Shown here in pieces: positions 46,789 to 51,304 of a stretch of DNA of 51,304 nt (position 1 is the stretch's first letter; the number at the start of each line of letters is the position of its first letter). Source of the DNA: a virus (taxonomy: Duplodnaviria > Caudoviricetes); IMG/VR virus record IMGVR_UViG_3300028586_000030, positions 1 to 51,304 of that record. The stretch is one strand, 5' to 3'. The position numbers and the translations under genes were made by a program. The notes under the pieces were generated by a model, which saw only the letters and a program-made list of their open reading frames with translations, was not told the origin of the DNA and ran no database searches.

Positions 46789-47088
46789 ATGCCGGTTAAA
46801 TTTATTATCAGGGACGCTATAACAGGTGAACAGGTTATAGGGTTGACTGACAGAATTACTAGAAAGCTTGGAAGAATAACAATAACTTCTGCTCCGGGTT
46901 CTTTTGACATTCCGGTAGACGACGGAACGCCCTTTTTCTATGTGCCTACAACTCCCACAGAGGGTGGATTGAGAGTTCCCCCAGTAACGCTAAACGGAAG
47001 AACCTTGTCGTGGCCTTCTTTAGCGGGAATGGGTTCTTACCCTAACCCTAATCAGGTTAACTTTGATATAGTATACGGGTATTTTTAA
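46789..47088 (+). CDS. Small tail-tip accessory protein
   Basis: G.TLSW...YG.F pattern following J. Confidence 0.7.
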   Translation: MPVKFIIRDAITGEQVIGLTDRITRKLGRITITSAPGSFDIPVDDGTPFFYVPTTPTEGGLRVPPVTLNGRTLSWPSLAGMGSYPNPNQVNFDIVYGYF

Positions 47089-47089
47089 T

Positions 47090-47788
47090 ATGGCGATTGG
47101 AGTAAAAATAAGAAACAGCAATTTGATTACTTTAATAGATGATCGATTTTCTAATCTTATGCTTCGCCAAAAAATTGCAGGTTCTAGGCCAACTTATTCT
47201 GCGGTTAACCGCTCTTATCTTTTATCTCTTTCTATAACCTGTACACAAGACGCCCTTATTGCTTATCGATGCACAGGCGGCTTTTCAGGTATTGTTAACT
47301 ATGTAACCCAGTCGGGAACACAGCGCAAGATTGAATTTTCTTCATATAACGATTTTACAGTAGATGTTTTTGTTTTTGACTTAGCCCCGTATGCCATATT
47401 AAAAGGAACAATCGCTTTAATAATTCGAAATAGAGTTACGGGAGAAAAAGTTTTTGATTCTCGCGGTAGGTATATGAAAATATTGGGATACCTTACGGTT
47501 AGCGCATTTCCTAACTCTGGAAATTACGACGTTTTTAATGGTGTTGATAAATTGCCGGCTTGCGTTCCTTTACAACCTTATCTTTATGATTGGGCTAGCA
47601 CTTTTGACGCAGGCGGCAGCCCGGTTGCTGAAAGCGGAGGAGATAATATGCAAACCCTTTGTGACGGGAATACCATTCGTGCCAAAATAGAAGAATGGCG
47701 ATACAGAACAGGCGGGGGCGGCGGGTTATCGTATGATAACTATAGCGGCTCAAAAGTCTTAATGTTTTTAGACGTAACAGGTATTTGA
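47090..47788 (+). CDS. Tail-tip accessory protein
   Basis: G..I.N.....ID..F.N, G..VFDS...YM, D.TG C-terminus. Confidence 0.7.
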   Translation: MAIGVKIRNSNLITLIDDRFSNLMLRQKIAGSRPTYSAVNRSYLLSLSITCTQDALIAYRCTGGFSGIVNYVTQSGTQRKIEFSSYNDFTVDVFVFDLAPYAILKGTIALIIRNRVTGEKVFDSRGRYMKILGYLTVSAFPNSGNYDVFNGVDKLPACVPLQPYLYDWASTFDAGGSPVAESGGDNMQTLCDGNTIRAKIEEWRYRTGGGGGLSYDNYSGSKVLMFLDVTGI

Positions 47789-47798
47789 GGTTTTATTT

Positions 47799-49268
47799 AT
47801 GGCTTGGTCAAGAGTAGGAACAGTATCGGTAGCTAACAACACAACCGTTGTTACTGGTAGCGCTAATGTTGGTTTTGCCGCGAACGCTAGAAACGGCGAT
47901 GAATTTGTAGGGCCAGACGGCAGGGGTTATGAAATATCACAGGTCGCCAGTGATACCCTTCTTTCTTTGGCATCGCCTTATTTAGGACCAACTGTAAGCA
48001 ACGGCTCATACTCAATTAAGCCTACAGCGGCTTATCCGCGAGCTTTAACCGATTCATTTTCAGCAATAAACGCCCAATGGGGGCAAAAGCTGGCCGGTCT
48101 AAAGACAACCGGAAATTACGATACTTTGCCGGTTAGTAAAGGAGGCACTAACGCGGCTGATGGAAACACAGCGGCAGTTAACTTAGGGTTTATGGATGGA
48201 ACTATGTATCCTAAATTTGGCGGATTCGGGGTAGCGGCAGGGGCAGGGGGTTACAATTTACAAGGAGGCTACGTAGGGTGGGCTACACCGGGTTCAGTTC
48301 TTGGCGGAGCGATGGATTTCATATGTAACCGAGGCGGCGGGGCAGGTGGTTTTACTTGGAAATCGGTTAACGGCAATAATACCGCCTCTGGTCCTACAAT
48401 GTCATATAACTATGACGGTATTCTTTCTGTTCCTTTAGCCATTTCAGCACCTAGGATTGATAATTTATCTACAGTCACAAGCCCGTTTACAGCCGCCCCG
48501 ACTGTTTCTAACGGGGCTGCATTTGGAGCTTCTATAACTGTAAGAGGAGCCCCATTCGTCAATAGCTGGGCACGGCTAGACTGGGCTAATACCCAGCTTC
48601 CCGCAGCTTCTGTATATATGACGTACCTGGATAATACAGGGCTTGCCGTTCATCGTAACGATTCAGGAGGAGGCATTGAGTTCTGGACGCAGCAAACACG
48701 GCGGCTATTTCTTGGCGGCGGTGGAGTATTACAGCCCGGACAAGACAATTCTTATCCTTTAGGTAGCGGTTCTCTTCGTTTTATAACGGCCTACCTGAAC
48801 ACCGCTCCGGTCGTAACCTCGGACGCCCGAGAAAAAACCGAAGTTCGCAAAATGACGGACTTTGAAATTGCCGCTGCTAAGGCGCTTGGAAAGGAAATAG
48901 GCTTCTATAACTTCATCAAAGCGGTCGATGAAAAAGGCGATAAAGCAAGACTGCATTGCAGCATGACCGTTCAGCGCGCAATGGAAGTAATGAGTGAAAA
49001 TGGTCTTGACCCATTAAAGTATTCATTTATTTGTTATGACACTTGGGAACAAGAAGTCAAAGAACATCCCGCCGAATATGAGCAAATAGAAATTCACGAT
49101 TCTGAAAATGGGCTTGTTTCATACTCTCAAGGCGAGTTAAAAAAAGAAGCTTGGACAGAAGTTTTAGTAGAAAAAGGAGACAGGTATTCTTTTCGAACAG
49201 ACGGGCTTCTTTTCTTTATCGCGGCGGGTTTAGAAGCTAGGCTTGCAGCTTTAGAAGAATTGCTTTGA
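47799..49268 (+). CDS. Tail fibre with C-terminal intramolecular chaperone (peptidase S74-like)
   Basis: MAW.R.GTVSV N-terminus, LPVSKGGT, TSDAREK cleavage motif, Y.FICYD.W, DRYSFR. Confidence 0.9.
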   Translation: MAWSRVGTVSVANNTTVVTGSANVGFAANARNGDEFVGPDGRGYEISQVASDTLLSLASPYLGPTVSNGSYSIKPTAAYPRALTDSFSAINAQWGQKLAGLKTTGNYDTLPVSKGGTNAADGNTAAVNLGFMDGTMYPKFGGFGVAAGAGGYNLQGGYVGWATPGSVLGGAMDFICNRGGGAGGFTWKSVNGNNTASGPTMSYNYDGILSVPLAISAPRIDNLSTVTSPFTAAPTVSNGAAFGASITVRGAPFVNSWARLDWANTQLPAASVYMTYLDNTGLAVHRNDSGGGIEFWTQQTRRLFLGGGGVLQPGQDNSYPLGSGSLRFITAYLNTAPVVTSDAREKTEVRKMTDFEIAAAKALGKEIGFYNFIKAVDEKGDKARLHCSMTVQRAMEVMSENGLDPLKYSFICYDTWEQEVKEHPAEYEQIEIHDSENGLVSYSQGELKKEAWTEVLVEKGDRYSFRTDGLLFFIAAGLEARLAALEELL

Positions 49269-49279
49269 CACAGAAAGAC

Positions 49280-49307
49280 AAAAGGCCCAATTCGGGCCTT
49301 TTTTTTT
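49280..49307. terminator. Bidirectional terminator
   Basis: AAAAGGCCC-AATTC-GGGCCTTTTTTTTT between the convergent fibre and polymerase genes. Confidence 0.88.
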
Positions 49308-51304
49308 AAAACGAAAATCTTCGCTGGCCTTTCAAATCGTCTTCTTTGTAATATCCAATCTTAACCATCATTTTCTTTGTTCGCTGAACATACCATTCGT
49401 AGTTAATATCGTCTGGAAATTGTTCCGGCAAGTCCATACAGGGTTTACCGCCTTCTGTTTCAGGAACTTTGTTGTTTGAAAGAACATAGTTGATAGTTCC
49501 GCGAACGTGGATCGACGAATACCATCTAATGAACTTGCCCACAAACTGCCCGTCTTTGTGCGCTCCGCCTTTAACGTCTCTAACCGCAACGAACTTTGTT
49601 ATGTCTTCGCATTGACGAATCGTTTGTTCAATTGGGGTTCCGCTAAGCAAGAATGCACAGATAGCTTCTGTGCAAATCTGGAACGTCGGGTTTACATGGA
49701 ACCGGAATATCTGAGCTTTCTTATCAGGCCAAGGGTTTGCGTACGCTCCTTTAAGCTTGCACACTTCCTTTTCATCTAGCCAGTTTTTGCCGTAGTTCAG
49801 TTTCTCCGTTGCTTTATCTTCTTTGTATTTAACAGCAATATAGTTGTTAACATCCTTGCTGTACAGCGCCTGATAGCCTGTCTCTTCTGTTTCGAAAAGC
49901 GTATCGGCTTCCCATTGCTTCACGATGGCTTCAAATATGTGCCTGTCGCTTCGCCTAACCTTGCTCACAAGGCCGTCAGTGTTTGCCGATACAACACGTA
50001 TGCCTGCCAGTTCAAGACGTTCAGCGAGCATTAGTAGGAAAAACTGACCGCTGATCGTAACTTGCAAGAGGAGATCGGGTGAATAAATAATTGACCACTT
50101 CGAACCAAACTTACCAAAGCCGCCGTTAATAACAATCTTAAGACTGTTTGCGCCAATGATATCTTTAGCTTGCTTGGCTGTAAGACGAGCAACAACAATG
50201 CCGTCATACACCAACAGGAACGGTGCCCCCAAGTGTTTAGGGAACAGTTTTTGGTTAAGGATAATCCGAGGGTAATAGCTCGCAACATCACGGTCTAACA
50301 GGATGTATTCAGCGCAGGAAGTGTGGGCAATACTCTTTTCTTGGCTGTGAATACCGCCCATGCCAATTTTATAAACGGTTTCGTTTATCTTTAGCTTTAG
50401 ACCCCAAACAAATTTCCCTTGTTTGTTCTTTTCGAGAACACCTAAACCTACAGGCCAAACAGGAGAACCGCCGTTATCCAAAGAAAACTTAGCGGCTAAA
50501 ACATCGTTATACGCTTTTTGCAAATGAGGAGAGTGAAACGTTATTAACCCCGTATCTTTATATTCGCATTTATAACCTTCTGCTAAGGTTGGTCGTTTAG
50601 GGTCACGCCCTAATATCTTAGCGAGTTCCTTTTTCATAACAGCTTCGGCCATTTGTGCATCGGACTTAGACCGCAAGTCGATACCATATTTAGCCGACAT
50701 AACTTCACGAAGCTTTAGCTCTTCGCGAAGGTTTTCAATTAGGAGCAATGTGTTTTGACAGTCGGCATGCACGCAGTAGTTTTTAATATCTAGCGCTTGC
50801 TCTTGGCTTAAGTCTTTGTACGGGTCGTAGGGTAACTCTTGCATACGTTTAGCGTGCAAGCGACCTGCATATTTCTTCAAAGTCCCTTTAAGCGGGCACA
50901 CTGCCATAATGTCGATATGGTTCATAAAGGGAGGAACAATATTGTACGCTTCGTAAATATCGTCAACTCGCCAATCTTCATCAATGATTCTATTTGAGGC
51001 TTGTTTTAACTCTTTACAGCCATACCCTTTTAGCGCCATATAGACTAACGGCATATCGTAATGATTGCCGTTAAAAGTGTAAGTTTTAAACGCGTATAAG
51101 CACCATGCCAATTTCATACAATCGATGCTTGAATCTGGCGATATTTCGAATATTGCGGCTTTACCTGTTTTTATATGGAGCAAAGCGATAAGAAAATAAT
51201 TAGGGTAACACTCAACGTCAAGTATTACTTCATCGCCAACCATTGCCGCAAATTCGTGAGGCTGGATTTCGTTAATCGGCTTTAGTTCACGATGCGTGAA
51301 AGTT
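49306..51304 (-). CDS. Family-B DNA polymerase (continues across the junction; start at 253)
   Basis: Exonuclease DVE / FNG.HYD / YC..D; polymerase motifs DVASYYP, KIVINGGFGKFG, NTDG, DVNNY. Confidence 0.93.
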   Translation of the reverse strand, partial: TFTHRELKPINEIQPHEFAAMVGDEVILDVECYPNYFLIALLHIKTGKAAIFEISPDSSIDCMKLAWCLYAFKTYTFNGNHYDMPLVYMALKGYGCKELKQASNRIIDEDWRVDDIYEAYNIVPPFMNHIDIMAVCPLKGTLKKYAGRLHAKRMQELPYDPYKDLSQEQALDIKNYCVHADCQNTLLLIENLREELKLREVMSAKYGIDLRSKSDAQMAEAVMKKELAKILGRDPKRPTLAEGYKCEYKDTGLITFHSPHLQKAYNDVLAAKFSLDNGGSPVWPVGLGVLEKNKQGKFVWGLKLKINETVYKIGMGGIHSQEKSIAHTSCAEYILLDRDVASYYPRIILNQKLFPKHLGAPFLLVYDGIVVARLTAKQAKDIIGANSLKIVINGGFGKFGSKWSIIYSPDLLLQVTISGQFFLLMLAERLELAGIRVVSANTDGLVSKVRRSDRHIFEAIVKQWEADTLFETEETGYQALYSKDVNNYIAVKYKEDKATEKLNYGKNWLDEKEVCKLKGAYANPWPDKKAQIFRFHVNPTFQICTEAICAFLLSGTPIEQTIRQCEDITKFVAVRDVKGGAHKDGQFVGKFIRWYSSIHVRGTINYVLSNNKVPETEGGKPCMDLPEQFPDDINYEWYVQRTKKMMVKIGYYKEDDLKGQRRFSF
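51105..51304. repeat. Terminal direct overlap, right copy
   Basis: Matches 1-200 with one mismatch; indicates a circular assembly or terminal redundancy. Confidence 0.97.

Noticed and set aside
1-51304. tRNA genes and restriction-site avoidance
   Set aside because: No cloverleaf seen; avoidance cannot be established reliably by eye and needs k-mer counts

Overview
The window is a complete, circularly permuted genome (about 51.1 kb unique; 200-bp end overlap) of a lytic long-tailed dsDNA phage (siphovirus organisation). The tail-fibre and tip motifs point to a probable Pseudomonas host. Layout: (1) leftward replication/recombination operon (family-B DNA polymerase spanning the junction, beta-clamp-like protein, SF2 helicase, Cas4-like exonuclease, SSB, AAA ATPase) diverging from HTH + primase-helicase + MazG; (2) leftward small early genes under repeated sigma70 promoters; (3) a dyad-symmetric GTAC-repeat/AT-rich element near 15.19 kb (putative origin); (4) rightward accessory genes; (5) lysis cassette; (6) terminase, head and tail genes. 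No integrase, tRNA or CRISPR array was seen. The most striking unexplained signal is the octamer TGTGGGCA (usually GTGTGGGCA). I located it by eye 26 times, against about 1.6 expected. It occurs in all reading frames, is roughly evenly spaced, sits at fixed positions at three promoters, flanks the putative origin, and often lies next to GC-rich, A-tract-poor patches. This suggests an uncharacterised genome-wide protein-DNA system. All counts and family assignments are manual; no database search was run.
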